Source: a bacterium (GTDB lineage: Bacteria; Patescibacteriota; Saccharimonadia; Saccharimonadales; Saccharimonadaceae). Taken from it: 64,000 nucleotides of DNA. Each line of letters begins with the position of its first letter. Position 1 is the first letter of the stretch. The DNA is taken from assembly GCA_030429975.1 (NCBI GenBank), contig JAUIGB010000001.1, forward strand, positions 44,190 through 108,189. Direction: 5' to 3'. Below the pieces are notes generated by a model. The model made no database searches and was not told the origin of the DNA. It saw nothing but the letters and a program-made list of their open reading frames with translations. Positions 39,049 to 48,469 of the stretch are shown one piece after another. The position numbers were made by a program, and so were the translations under genes.

Positions 39049-39077
39049 ATTATATCGTATTTGTTAATATTTGTCAA
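39049..39077 (-). promoter_or_regulatory. Consensus sigma70 promoter
   Basis: TTGACA-17 nt-TATAAT on minus strand. Confidence 0.8.
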
Positions 39078-39173
39078 TACCATATTCATATTTTTTGCAT
39101 ATTTCTAATCTGTTATTTTTGTTTTTGTGAATTGATACTTCACAAAATACAATAAATCTGCTATACTACAGAT

Positions 39174-40022
39174 ATGGACGAACAAATTTTGCAAAAGGCC
39201 GGTCTCACAGATTCAGAAGCCAAAGTTTACGCGTTGCTGGTAAAAAACAGCCCCTGTGCACCTCCCCTGTTAGCAAGCATGTCGGGCGAAAGCCGTACCA
39301 ACACTTACAAACTACTAGATTCCCTAGAGGAAATGGGACTCGTATCACGGGACGAGTCACAGCCAAAACTCCGCTACTGGGCAAACAATCCTTCCAATTT
39401 GCTCGATAAACTAAAAGATCAACGAGTGCAGGTCGAAAATGCCGAGAAACACTTTCAGGATTCCCTACCCTCGCTGATTGACGAATATTTTAAATATTCT
39501 GAACAGCCTGCCATTCGATATTTCAACGGTATAGATGGCATCATGAATATATACAAAGACCAGCTCAAAACCGGTCAGCCACTGACACAGGTATTCTCTC
39601 CCGACCTAATCGAAGCAATCGGCAAGGAAAAAACTCACCTGTTACGAAATGAGTTTCCAAAACGCAACATTCCCCAGCACGTTTTCTTTGGTGACGCCGA
39701 TCCGTACATAAAACCCGGCGAACCATGTATGCCGGTGGACGAATCCGACAGGATAATGAAAATGACTCGCACATGGCTAGACGAAGACGACTTAAAAGAG
39801 CCGGTAGAATGGACCATTTACGGTGACAAGCTGTCCATCGTGTCACTAGGTACGGAACTAGTGGGCATGGTAATTGAATCACCTCAAATCACGGCATCGT
39901 TTCGCGAAATATTAGAATTATTGGATCGAAAAGTGCGCGCTGAACCCGGCTATGACAAACTGCCTCAAAAGCGAACGCACACTATGATTCCTGAATCCGC
40001 CAAACAAAAGTACGACAGATAA
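39174..40022 (+). CDS. TrmB-family transcriptional regulator
   Basis: LQKAGLTDSEAKVY, SRTNTYKLLDSLEEMGLV HTH, IRYFNGIDG, IYGDKL. Confidence 0.88.
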   Translation: MDEQILQKAGLTDSEAKVYALLVKNSPCAPPLLASMSGESRTNTYKLLDSLEEMGLVSRDESQPKLRYWANNPSNLLDKLKDQRVQVENAEKHFQDSLPSLIDEYFKYSEQPAIRYFNGIDGIMNIYKDQLKTGQPLTQVFSPDLIEAIGKEKTHLLRNEFPKRNIPQHVFFGDADPYIKPGEPCMPVDESDRIMKMTRTWLDEDDLKEPVEWTIYGDKLSIVSLGTELVGMVIESPQITASFREILELLDRKVRAEPGYDKLPQKRTHTMIPESAKQKYDR

Positions 40023-40047
40023 CCGTGTATAATAACTAATAGGTATT

Positions 40048-40977
40048 ATGAAAACAAAAATAAACAGATCCAAGTGGGTTTTGGTTGCCTTGCTAGCAGC
40101 ACTTTTGACCGCGCCAAACCCAACTATCATACGTGCTAATGTAATCGACACCGATCCTATATTCTTCGCTCTGCTTCGTTACGTGGTGGTCGCGCTCGTG
40201 TGCCTACCCTTCGTTCTATTCGCATGGAAAAAGCTAAACAGGCGAGGAGTCTCCGCGTCCTTGATATCTGGAATATTCATGGGAATCGCCCTCACTTTTT
40301 TCACGATGGCTCTAGAACAAAGCCAGGCAAATTATGTCGTGATACTGATGCTCATCACGCCCATAGTCTTTATCGCGCTATCTAGCAGGATAATTCACGA
40401 ACGTATCAGCCACCGCGCCATGGCGGGCATCACGATCGCCATGCTGGGCGCCTTTACCGTCGTAGCGGCGCCTATCGCTATCGCCCAGGATTCGAACGTA
40501 CAGTTCTATCCGCTAGCGACGGCTTACATGTTGGTTCAGTCGGTCGGCTTTGCCAGCGCGATGATATGGATGCGAAAAGCTAACGAAGCTGGAACGCCCA
40601 TGACATCGGTTATCGGACTGCAGGCTTTGGTAGCAGTGGCGTTAATCAGCGTATTCTTTGTGCTGTTTGGCGATACCAGTAGAACAGCTATAAACGATGG
40701 ATTACTATTGTCCTTGCTTTATTCGGGTGTTGTCGTGGCATTGATAGCACGTAGCATGAACGTGCTTTCTTATGAACGAATTGGATCCGTCATGGTCAGT
40801 GGCATGACTTATATTGATACCTTGATCGCGTTTATTATCCCGATAATCATCCTGGGAGAATCATTGTCACCCACGACGCTGTTCGGTGGTGTGCTAATAC
40901 TTATAGGCGTATACGTCATAGAAAGACGCAAACTACATGTACACAAAGGCGCTCACCACGCCCTACGACATCACTAA
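40048..40977 (+). CDS. DMT/EamA family transporter
   Basis: About ten TMs, LLRY, LGESL…GGVLILIG. Confidence 0.85.
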   Translation: MKTKINRSKWVLVALLAALLTAPNPTIIRANVIDTDPIFFALLRYVVVALVCLPFVLFAWKKLNRRGVSASLISGIFMGIALTFFTMALEQSQANYVVILMLITPIVFIALSSRIIHERISHRAMAGITIAMLGAFTVVAAPIAIAQDSNVQFYPLATAYMLVQSVGFASAMIWMRKANEAGTPMTSVIGLQALVAVALISVFFVLFGDTSRTAINDGLLLSLLYSGVVVALIARSMNVLSYERIGSVMVSGMTYIDTLIAFIIPIIILGESLSPTTLFGGVLILIGVYVIERRKLHVHKGAHHALRHH

Positions 40978-41375
40978 TCCTTTTTTGGATCGAATTTCAG
41001 ACAGACGGAATTGATACAGTAATGCTGTCCGTTAGGCGAACTATCATCTGGGAATAAATGCCCCAGGTGGCTATCACATTTACTACATACCACTTCCTGG
41101 CGGTGCATACCCATAGAATCATCATCCCGTAGCTTGACGGCGCCATTATCCGCCGCCTCGCTAAACGCTGGCCAGCCAATCAGCCCCGGCACCGTCGATT
41201 CGTACTTGCTATCACTCGCAAATAGTGCCTGACCACACGCCGCACAGTGATACATGCCATCATCAAACTTGTCCGTATATTCGCCTGTACCCGGCGCCTC
41301 GGTGCCCTTTTCGCGCAGTACATGGTACTGCTCTGCCGTTAATTCCTCGCGCCAATCTTTGTCAGATTTATCCAT
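40974..41375 (-). CDS. msrB: Peptide-methionine (R)-S-oxide reductase
   Basis: GTEAP, CAAC, GWPAF, HLGHLF, YCINS. Confidence 0.97.
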   Translation of the reverse strand: MDKSDKDWREELTAEQYHVLREKGTEAPGTGEYTDKFDDGMYHCAACGQALFASDSKYESTVPGLIGWPAFSEAADNGAVKLRDDDSMGMHRQEVVCSKCDSHLGHLFPDDSSPNGQHYCINSVCLKFDPKKD

Positions 41376-41381
41376 GCAAAA

Positions 41382-41801
41382 TTAATCTTTTTTCTTGTCC
41401 AATTTGTCCAATTGCAATATCCGTACTAGCAGATAGATCACGAAAATAGTCGCGACGAGAGTGATGACCGACGATAGCGCCGCGCCCCATTGAAAATCAG
41501 CTGTCCTGCCCCATAGTTCGACGTGCCATACGTTTGTGCTTAACCTATCCTGCGAACCTATGACAAACTGTACAATCGGGTTGATAAATCCCTCGACGAT
41601 AGTCTTTATCGTACCGCTGGCGATCGTACCGATTGCCAAACCGATTGCCAAACCAACTATTCCACGCGTGCGGACAAAATCCAAAAACACGCTAGCTTCA
41701 TTTTTCGATGCTTTGTGAGCCTTTGCCTTGGCCGCCGCACCTTTTGCACGTGCCTTTTCGCGGGCTAGCTCTACCCTTTTGTTTGTATCATTATCTGCCA
41801 T
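41382..41801 (-). CDS. mscL: Large-conductance mechanosensitive channel
   Basis: FLDFVRTRGIVGLAIGLAIG, INPIV, WGA. Confidence 0.88.
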   Translation of the reverse strand: MADNDTNKRVELAREKARAKGAAAKAKAHKASKNEASVFLDFVRTRGIVGLAIGLAIGTIASGTIKTIVEGFINPIVQFVIGSQDRLSTNVWHVELWGRTADFQWGAALSSVITLVATIFVIYLLVRILQLDKLDKKKD

Positions 41802-41858
41802 TTACTATCCTTTGTTTACTATGCAATTATTCTACCTGATTTTGCCCATAAATGTTAT

Positions 41859-42133
41859 TAGCGGCTGGAAGGGGGTGTCGTGATGAACACCCCCAACCAG
41901 CCGCTACAGTAGTGACCCTGTTTAGGTGTACTGGTCGCGTACTCGCTGTGCACTGTACGTCATAGTGCGGTGGTGCGCCTCCCCTAAAAAGAAAATCTCG
42001 CCGGTCGGCGAGTTCGTTTTTGGTTCGGTGTTTACACAAAAACTAGCTCGCCGTCGCGCCGCCAATAATCACGAGTACTAGCTCGCGAGAATTGATGACA
42101 CTGGTCGAAGCGTGTGCTTTCATGTGTTTCCAG
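41859..42133 (+). ncRNA. Unassigned structured RNA candidate (about six hairpins)
   Basis: Consecutive stems with G·U pairs on the + strand; matches no RNA family I recognise. Confidence 0.55.
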
Positions 42134-42137
42134 TTTA

Positions 42138-43766
42138 TTACATTTTTTCAGGTGCTTCAATGCCCAAAATGGCCAATCCGGCCTTTAGGATATCGGCGTA
42201 TACTGCCACTAGCCCGGCACGGTGTTTTTCGTGTTCGCTACCGACGACTTGATTCTTTTCGTAATAGCGGTTAAATTCCTGCGCGAGTTCGAACAAATAA
42301 TTACAAATATGATGCGGTTCTAGCGATCCGGCAGATACTTCCACCACTTCATGATATTCGCCCATTTTTCGCACTAGCATGCGGTCTTCATCACGGACTT
42401 CGGTTGGAAACCCTACTTGTCCGTCGACCTTTGCCAGCACGCTATGCGCCCTAGCATGTGCGTACTGCAGGTAACTACCCGTGTTACCCGTCAGGCTGAC
42501 GGCTTCGTTAACGTCGAACACCACGTCACTGCCAATTTTTACTCGTAGGAATTGGTACCGCAAAGCACCAGCGACTATCTCATCCGTCGCTTCGCCGCCA
42601 CGTTCGACAATCGCGCGCTTGAATTCGTCGAATAGCCACGCGATTTCTATCACGTCGCCATCGCGACTACTCATTTTACCGGTCGTTAATTTTACCAATC
42701 CTGTCGGAATATTAGTCGTCACGCCTTTTAGTTCGGGCATACACAGTTCGGCGGCGGCTATCACGCCCTTGAAATAATCTCTTTGTTCGCCACCGGTAAT
42801 CACATAGCTTTTCTGTGCATGATATTGCTCGTTTTTGAGTACCATCAGACCCAAATCGCGGGCACCGTACAGTCCCTTGCCATTGCTAGCGACAAATACA
42901 TTATCAAACGACCCGTGCTCGCTACCCTTAAATACTAGCGCCCCTTCGGACTCCTGAAAAACATCCGGCACGTTCTTTTTGACTATCGGCACGCCACGCA
43001 TGTCGGCATCGCTTTCCAAAAAACGCTTTTCTATCGGAATATTACCCAGTCTGGCGACTATACTATCGATTTGTTCAAAGCTCCAATCTTTGCACATGTC
43101 GTAAATCTGGATATACAGTGGCGTTTTTGGCTCGAAAGACTGCCTCGCTAGATCATCTATCTCTGCTTTCGCTTCCTGACTGTCTTTGTAAGCCCGTGAT
43201 CCTTCGGCGTACATTCGCGACATAAACGCGTTTCGTTCATCCTCTGGCACGGCCTGAATCTTTGCTATGTCGCCATCGGCGTATTTCAACAAGCTATACA
43301 TGCTCTTGCCCACGTGTAGCCCCACGTCGCCATGATAGCTAACACGGTATACCTTGGCACCGTCTACTGCCAACAAATTAGCAATCGTATCGCCCAACAC
43401 CGCGTTGAACGCGTGTCCGATATGCATCGCCTTGAAAGGATTTGGATTGTTGGTTTCGATAACAGTCGTTTGGCCTGCGCGCGAGGGCACGGGTTTTTTG
43501 TGCGTCAGGTCTAGCAAGGCTTTTTCAGATAATTTCAGGTTGATAAACCCAGGACCGGCAACAGTGACATCCGCGAAATCGTCATCGCCACGCAATCGTT
43601 CCGCCAGTTGTTCGGCTATCTCGCGGGGTGGTTTCCCTACCTCGCGCGCTAATTGCAACGCGATATTCGTAGCATAATCCCCAAACTGTGGTTCGGGACG
43701 TGACAGCACGACGTCTGTTTCGACGCCGAACTCATCATGAACAATATTAGCAATTCTTGTATCCAC
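42138..43766 (-). CDS. argS: Arginine--tRNA ligase
   Basis: FGDYATN, GPGFIN, PNPFKAMHIGH, KMSSRDG, YLQYAHAR. Confidence 0.97.
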   Translation of the reverse strand: MDTRIANIVHDEFGVETDVVLSRPEPQFGDYATNIALQLAREVGKPPREIAEQLAERLRGDDDFADVTVAGPGFINLKLSEKALLDLTHKKPVPSRAGQTTVIETNNPNPFKAMHIGHAFNAVLGDTIANLLAVDGAKVYRVSYHGDVGLHVGKSMYSLLKYADGDIAKIQAVPEDERNAFMSRMYAEGSRAYKDSQEAKAEIDDLARQSFEPKTPLYIQIYDMCKDWSFEQIDSIVARLGNIPIEKRFLESDADMRGVPIVKKNVPDVFQESEGALVFKGSEHGSFDNVFVASNGKGLYGARDLGLMVLKNEQYHAQKSYVITGGEQRDYFKGVIAAAELCMPELKGVTTNIPTGLVKLTTGKMSSRDGDVIEIAWLFDEFKRAIVERGGEATDEIVAGALRYQFLRVKIGSDVVFDVNEAVSLTGNTGSYLQYAHARAHSVLAKVDGQVGFPTEVRDEDRMLVRKMGEYHEVVEVSAGSLEPHHICNYLFELAQEFNRYYEKNQVVGSEHEKHRAGLVAVYADILKAGLAILGIEAPEKM

Positions 43767-43792
43767 TGTTCACTAGTATAACAGAGGTTATA

Positions 43793-43993
43793 TTACGAAA
43801 CGATATCAGAATCAAATTCTAGATCTTCGTTCGTCATGGCACTTTCTTCCGCGTATTTAGCTTCGTCCTCTAGGACGTCGCCCAACACGCCACCCGAAAC
43901 GGGGCTGGAACCATGTACGCTCTGCAAAACATCACGCAACACCTTGTTATCGTCGTGGTAGTTTAACAGTTCTTCGTGTATTGAATCAGACAT
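43793..43993 (-). CDS. Small acidic hypothetical protein
   Basis: Promoter TTGACA-17-TATAAT at 44019-44047, SD AAGGA. Confidence 0.7.
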   Translation of the reverse strand: MSDSIHEELLNYHDDNKVLRDVLQSVHGSSPVSGGVLGDVLEDEAKYAEESAMTNEDLEFDSDIVS

Positions 43994-44055
43994 TTTTGTT
44001 TTTTATCCTTATACCTTCATTATAGCACTTATGCTAATGAATGTCAATATATTCC

Positions 44056-44631
44056 CTATAGGTTCTGGGGGTCTTTTAGCACCACAAAGCAGTGCGTCGT
44101 GTTGGTCCATGAGTTGTGATATGGCGCGTACGATAAGGTTCCGCCAGAAATCTGAACGCTATTTGGCACTTCACAATCCTGATTTTCGCCTTGAATCTTC
44201 CATGTCAGAGTATATCTGGCCGGTTGTCCGTTCAGTGTTTCGCCCGCCGCGTATCGCAACACTAACCCGTTATACCCGGGGTGTATGTCCTCTGGAAAAC
44301 TAGGTATTGTTCCTACGGTCTGCAGTGCGCTCGTCAGTGCTGAATCTTCGACGAAATCATTACCAGACGAATAGTGACACTCGTCGTCAGAGTCAAATCC
44401 AGCCAAGCACGTATAACCCCCTACCGATGGATACGAGCCGTTTTGATACGCATACACGCCAAACAGTTTTACCATTTGATTAACGGATGATTTCCAAGCA
44501 GCCTTTTGCGCTGACTGCGTAATGCCGTTATATGCAACGATTACTATAGCCGCCAGCACCCCGATAACGACAACAACTATCAAAAGCTCTACTATGGTGA
44601 ACCCGCGCTGACCTTTAGTAATGATGCCCAT
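44056..44631 (-). CDS. Type IV pilin-like protein
   Basis: QRGFTIVELLIVVVVIGVLAAIVIVAYNGIT. Confidence 0.9.
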   Translation of the reverse strand: MGIITKGQRGFTIVELLIVVVVIGVLAAIVIVAYNGITQSAQKAAWKSSVNQMVKLFGVYAYQNGSYPSVGGYTCLAGFDSDDECHYSSGNDFVEDSALTSALQTVGTIPSFPEDIHPGYNGLVLRYAAGETLNGQPARYTLTWKIQGENQDCEVPNSVQISGGTLSYAPYHNSWTNTTHCFVVLKDPQNL

Positions 44632-44665
44632 CTGCCTGCCATTGTAGCAATAGTTCTCATGCTTG

Positions 44666-46246
44666 TCATCGTTTGGCGGCGCGCACTAGCCCCGCGAACA
44701 GAGGGTGTGGGCTATGTGGACGAGATTTTAGCTCTGGGTGAGCTTGGGTGCCGATCATGAATGGATGATCGATGGCCTCGACGAATTCTACCAATTTACC
44801 ATCCGGCGAAGTACCGCTGATCCGTAGTCCGCCTTTTTCGATAGCCGACGTGAAGTTCTGATTGACTTCGTACCTATGGCGATGACGTTCATTTACCACG
44901 GTAGTTCCATATGCTTTTGCCGTTTTGGTCTTTTCGGTCAGTACAGCCACGTAATTACCTAGTCGCAATGTGCCACCGGTGGACTCTAATCCTTGCTGGC
45001 CATCCATGATGTATACAACGTTGTTATCAGTACCCGGGTCAAACTCGGTACTGTTCGCGTCTTTTAGTCCCGCCCTACGCGCCGCGGCTATTACAGCCAC
45101 TTGCAGGCCTAGGCATAATCCCAAATACGGCACCTTGTTCTTTAACGCATAGGTAGCGGCGGCAATTTTACCCGGTACTCCACGGCCACCAAATCCACCT
45201 GGTACCAGTAGCGCGTCAACTGCCTTAAAGTCACTATCCTTGGCTGTTTCGGCATTTATCCACTGTATTTCCACATCTACTTTTTCTTGCCACCCCGACG
45301 CCTTTAACGCTTCTATAACGGATATGTAGGTGTCTTCGTTGTCGACATATTTTGCCACTAGTCCCACTCGAACAACTTTTTTATACTTTGACGACTGCGC
45401 CGAAACCAGCTTTTTCCACTTGGATAAATTCGGTTGTTTATTGTTGCCCACGAATTGGCTGATTACCTTGTTTATGCCGCTGTTCGCGATGGTTATTGGT
45501 ACCTCGTACACGGTGTCGGCATTCGACAGCTGTATAACGCACTCCTCTGACACTCCGCTAAACTGACTAATTTTGCGAGCTATGCTGTCTGGGGCTGGCG
45601 TGTCCGTACGCACAATCACGCAGTCAGGCACTATTCCAAATCCTCGCAGGTCCATCAAGGCGTTTTGGGCTGGTTTTGATTTGAACTCTTTGCTGGTACT
45701 GATAAATGGAACGTACACGACATGCACGTACAGGCAATTTTCGCGCCCTACCCTGCCTGCGAACTCACGAATCGCCTCGACAAAACTCAGACCTTCGTAA
45801 TCACCGACCGTACCGCCGATTTCGACAATATGCACGTCCGAACCTTCCGCCGCCTCGGCTATGGCATCCTGAATAGCACCTGTCAGGTGCGGGACTAGCT
45901 GTACTGTTTTGCCTTCGAATTTGCCGGCACGCTCGTCGGCGATGACTTTTTGTAACAATCTACCCGATAGCGTCGCGTTTTTTTGCGTCAACTCTAGGTC
46001 TAGGAACCTTTCATAATGCCCTAGATCTAGATCAGTTTCCGCACCGTCGACAGTTACGAAACATTCGCCATGTTCGGCAGGATTTAATAGCCCCGCATCT
46101 ACGTTGAGATACGGGTCGCATTTTTGAATCGAAACTTTTAGACCTTTTGCCTGCAGAACAGCGCCTATACTAGCCGCGCTGATGCCCTTGCCAACTCCAG
46201 ATAGTACGCCACCGGTGACGAATATGTATTTCGTCATACACGACAC
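44666..46246 (-). CDS. pyrG: CTP synthase
   Basis: GGVLSGVGKG, DLGHYERF, GLCLG, RHRHRYE, QAHPE. Confidence 0.98.
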   Translation of the reverse strand: MSCMTKYIFVTGGVLSGVGKGISAASIGAVLQAKGLKVSIQKCDPYLNVDAGLLNPAEHGECFVTVDGAETDLDLGHYERFLDLELTQKNATLSGRLLQKVIADERAGKFEGKTVQLVPHLTGAIQDAIAEAAEGSDVHIVEIGGTVGDYEGLSFVEAIREFAGRVGRENCLYVHVVYVPFISTSKEFKSKPAQNALMDLRGFGIVPDCVIVRTDTPAPDSIARKISQFSGVSEECVIQLSNADTVYEVPITIANSGINKVISQFVGNNKQPNLSKWKKLVSAQSSKYKKVVRVGLVAKYVDNEDTYISVIEALKASGWQEKVDVEIQWINAETAKDSDFKAVDALLVPGGFGGRGVPGKIAAATYALKNKVPYLGLCLGLQVAVIAAARRAGLKDANSTEFDPGTDNNVVYIMDGQQGLESTGGTLRLGNYVAVLTEKTKTAKAYGTTVVNERHRHRYEVNQNFTSAIEKGGLRISGTSPDGKLVEFVEAIDHPFMIGTQAHPELKSRPHSPHPLFAGLVRAAKR

Positions 46247-46325
46247 CTCTGTCTAAATAAAAATTCCACAGGCTTTCCCATGGAATTTCATTATAGCACG
46301 TTTAGCGGTAAATCGCTATTGGTTA

Positions 46326-48287
46326 TTAGGGGCGAACGACTACTTCGTTACCCTGCGAGTCAATAATTGTTTCTGGCAGGCCACTGTTTGGCAAACCAGG
46401 ATATTTGCTAGGATCCATTTCGGCAGGACCAAAGAAATGATTAGTTTCGCCACCTATCCAAGAGTACAGTTTGTCGCCATAGTGGTCGGCTATGGAACCA
46501 GCAATCATACCGGCACTACCAGCCAAGGCGGCAAAGCCAAACGGCGCGACACGTTTCCAAACTTCCCATCGGTTGATATCACGTTCGTATCGGTCCAATG
46601 AAGCCATCATGCCTAGCATGTACCTGCTGTGTCGTGGTGGTAACTGATGACCATTATTTCGAGCTACTCGTGCAGCCTGATTATATTCGTTGATTTTGTC
46701 TCGAATTTTATCTATGTGCTGCGCCGAACTCATACGATTCGTCGCCGATGGTAAACCTCGCCATGCAGAGTCATTCTTGGTCGCTGCCAATAATGCTGCG
46801 GCCGCAGCGGCTGAAGTACCGCCAGTAAATGGCGCGGCGATTATTCCGGTGCCTAGTATGGCGCCATATTTCAGCCAACTCTTCTTGTTATTAAGTTCGA
46901 ATTTTCCTATTGCTCGGCAAAATTTTGCGATTAATGTATTGCGCATGTGCTTAGACGTCTGTTCACGCAACAGATTCATCTCGTGTTGCTGTGATTCTAC
47001 TTCCTGATCAACACTAGAGATTACATTGAGACCAAGCTGGCCATTAGTAAGCCGTGCTATTTCTTGCTCTATTTCAAACTTTCTACTAGTAGTGTCCAAG
47101 TACTTGGCGCGAGCTGTGCGTAATTCGCCTTCTACGTCCTGATTAAACATACCCATGACAAATCGGCCAATTTTGTGATTGCGTATTATGCGTGCTTCGA
47201 GTCGAGCTAGCTCTTTTCGTACGCCTTCGCGCACAACTGTTTCACCACCAACGGTCATTTCTCCGCCGTTTAGGGTAGTGTTTACACGCTCTAATTCAGC
47301 CTGTAGGATATCTAGGTGTTGGTTGTTTGGATTTGCAGGAGGCTGTTGATTACCACCGGCCGGAGGTTGCTGATTGCCATTGCCGCCAGCAGGAGGGTTC
47401 GGGGGTGTGGGTGGCTGATTATTGTTACCACCAGCAGGTGCCGGCGCTGGAGCGGGCGCGGGCGGAGGGGTAGCCGGGGTTGGAGTTGGAGCATTGTAAT
47501 TAGGGTCGGCCACATAATTTAGGCGCCTATCATTACGAAGCTGTTTTGGATCGCGTCGTTGACTCTTGGTTAGCCCATAGCCATTATCCGCTAGGGTGCG
47601 CCACGCGCGTTCCATCATGCCTAATTCGTGGTCTAGGTCATCTAGGTCTTGGGCAGCTTCCTGATACTTGGAGTTTTTGTCAGCGTCACCAGGATTTAGG
47701 TCGCAATCACGCGCTACCTTGAAATACTCTGAGGCGCACGGGTCTAGCGCAGACACGCCATCGGCATCAATTAAATACTGCAGGGCTTCTACTTGCTCTT
47801 CTAACTTATGTTTTTCCGCGGCACTAATAGAACCATCTTGTGATTTTTGCTCTAGATCATCACGCAGTTTCTCTGCCCTAGCAAGCATGGCTTCGTTGCC
47901 TTGTTTGCCGTTGTAGTCGCTGTACAAATTATCCCCATCCAAGTCGCCAATAGCCCAGTTGAGCTTTTCTTCGACTATCATGTGGTTCAAGAATCGACCT
48001 TCATAGCCGTTTAGTTGCGCCACTGGACGCTGTTCAGTACGCATCGTGTCTATCAGGCCAAGTAATTCGTGGCCGCCGTCTATACCATCGGTATCAAAAC
48101 ACTTTTTGATTCCGCCGAAATCCTCGCCAGCGGAGTATAAAGATTTTCGCCAACGACGTGCAAAGTCAATCACATCAGACGCGGGATCTTGATCCCTGTC
48201 AGGATGGGTGTTGTGGTTCCGCTGTTGATTGTGATTTCGTGGCTGACCGTTATGATTTGGGGCTCGCCTAGGTCGTTGTGGTGTCAT
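46326..48287 (-). CDS. Large orphan protein with Pro/Asn linker, coiled coil and hydrophobic segments
   Basis: 653-aa ORF; promoter TTGACT-17-TATTAT at 48316-48344. Confidence 0.85.
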   Translation of the reverse strand: MTPQRPRRAPNHNGQPRNHNQQRNHNTHPDRDQDPASDVIDFARRWRKSLYSAGEDFGGIKKCFDTDGIDGGHELLGLIDTMRTEQRPVAQLNGYEGRFLNHMIVEEKLNWAIGDLDGDNLYSDYNGKQGNEAMLARAEKLRDDLEQKSQDGSISAAEKHKLEEQVEALQYLIDADGVSALDPCASEYFKVARDCDLNPGDADKNSKYQEAAQDLDDLDHELGMMERAWRTLADNGYGLTKSQRRDPKQLRNDRRLNYVADPNYNAPTPTPATPPPAPAPAPAPAGGNNNQPPTPPNPPAGGNGNQQPPAGGNQQPPANPNNQHLDILQAELERVNTTLNGGEMTVGGETVVREGVRKELARLEARIIRNHKIGRFVMGMFNQDVEGELRTARAKYLDTTSRKFEIEQEIARLTNGQLGLNVISSVDQEVESQQHEMNLLREQTSKHMRNTLIAKFCRAIGKFELNNKKSWLKYGAILGTGIIAAPFTGGTSAAAAAALLAATKNDSAWRGLPSATNRMSSAQHIDKIRDKINEYNQAARVARNNGHQLPPRHSRYMLGMMASLDRYERDINRWEVWKRVAPFGFAALAGSAGMIAGSIADHYGDKLYSWIGGETNHFFGPAEMDPSKYPGLPNSGLPETIIDSQGNEVVVRP

Positions 48288-48469
48288 ATCGTATTACTTA
48301 TGGTTATATAGGTACATAATAGCAAAAAATTGACAAAAAGTCAATACCCTTATGCCTATTCCCTCCCTCGACACATACCCTGCCCCGCACCGTTCCAATC
48401 CCCACAAATAGTTTCATTTTTTGTCCGGTCGGACGAATTTTTATACAAATTTACAGTAGTGGGGGTGTA

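Noticed and set aside
41827..42039. 70-aa minus-strand ORF
   Set aside because: No SD or motif; overlaps the structured element and is better explained as a chance ORF.
41859..42133. RNase P RNA, tmRNA, SRP RNA or a T-box for argS
   Set aside because: No GAGGAAAGUC, no tRNA-like ends, no SRP helix-8 motif; the element lies downstream of argS and appears to be on the opposite strand.
47340..47490. Short repeats as a CRISPR array or DGR-type repeat
   Set aside because: They are degenerate codon-level repeats of a Pro/Gly/Asn linker; no spacer periodicity, cas or reverse transcriptase gene.
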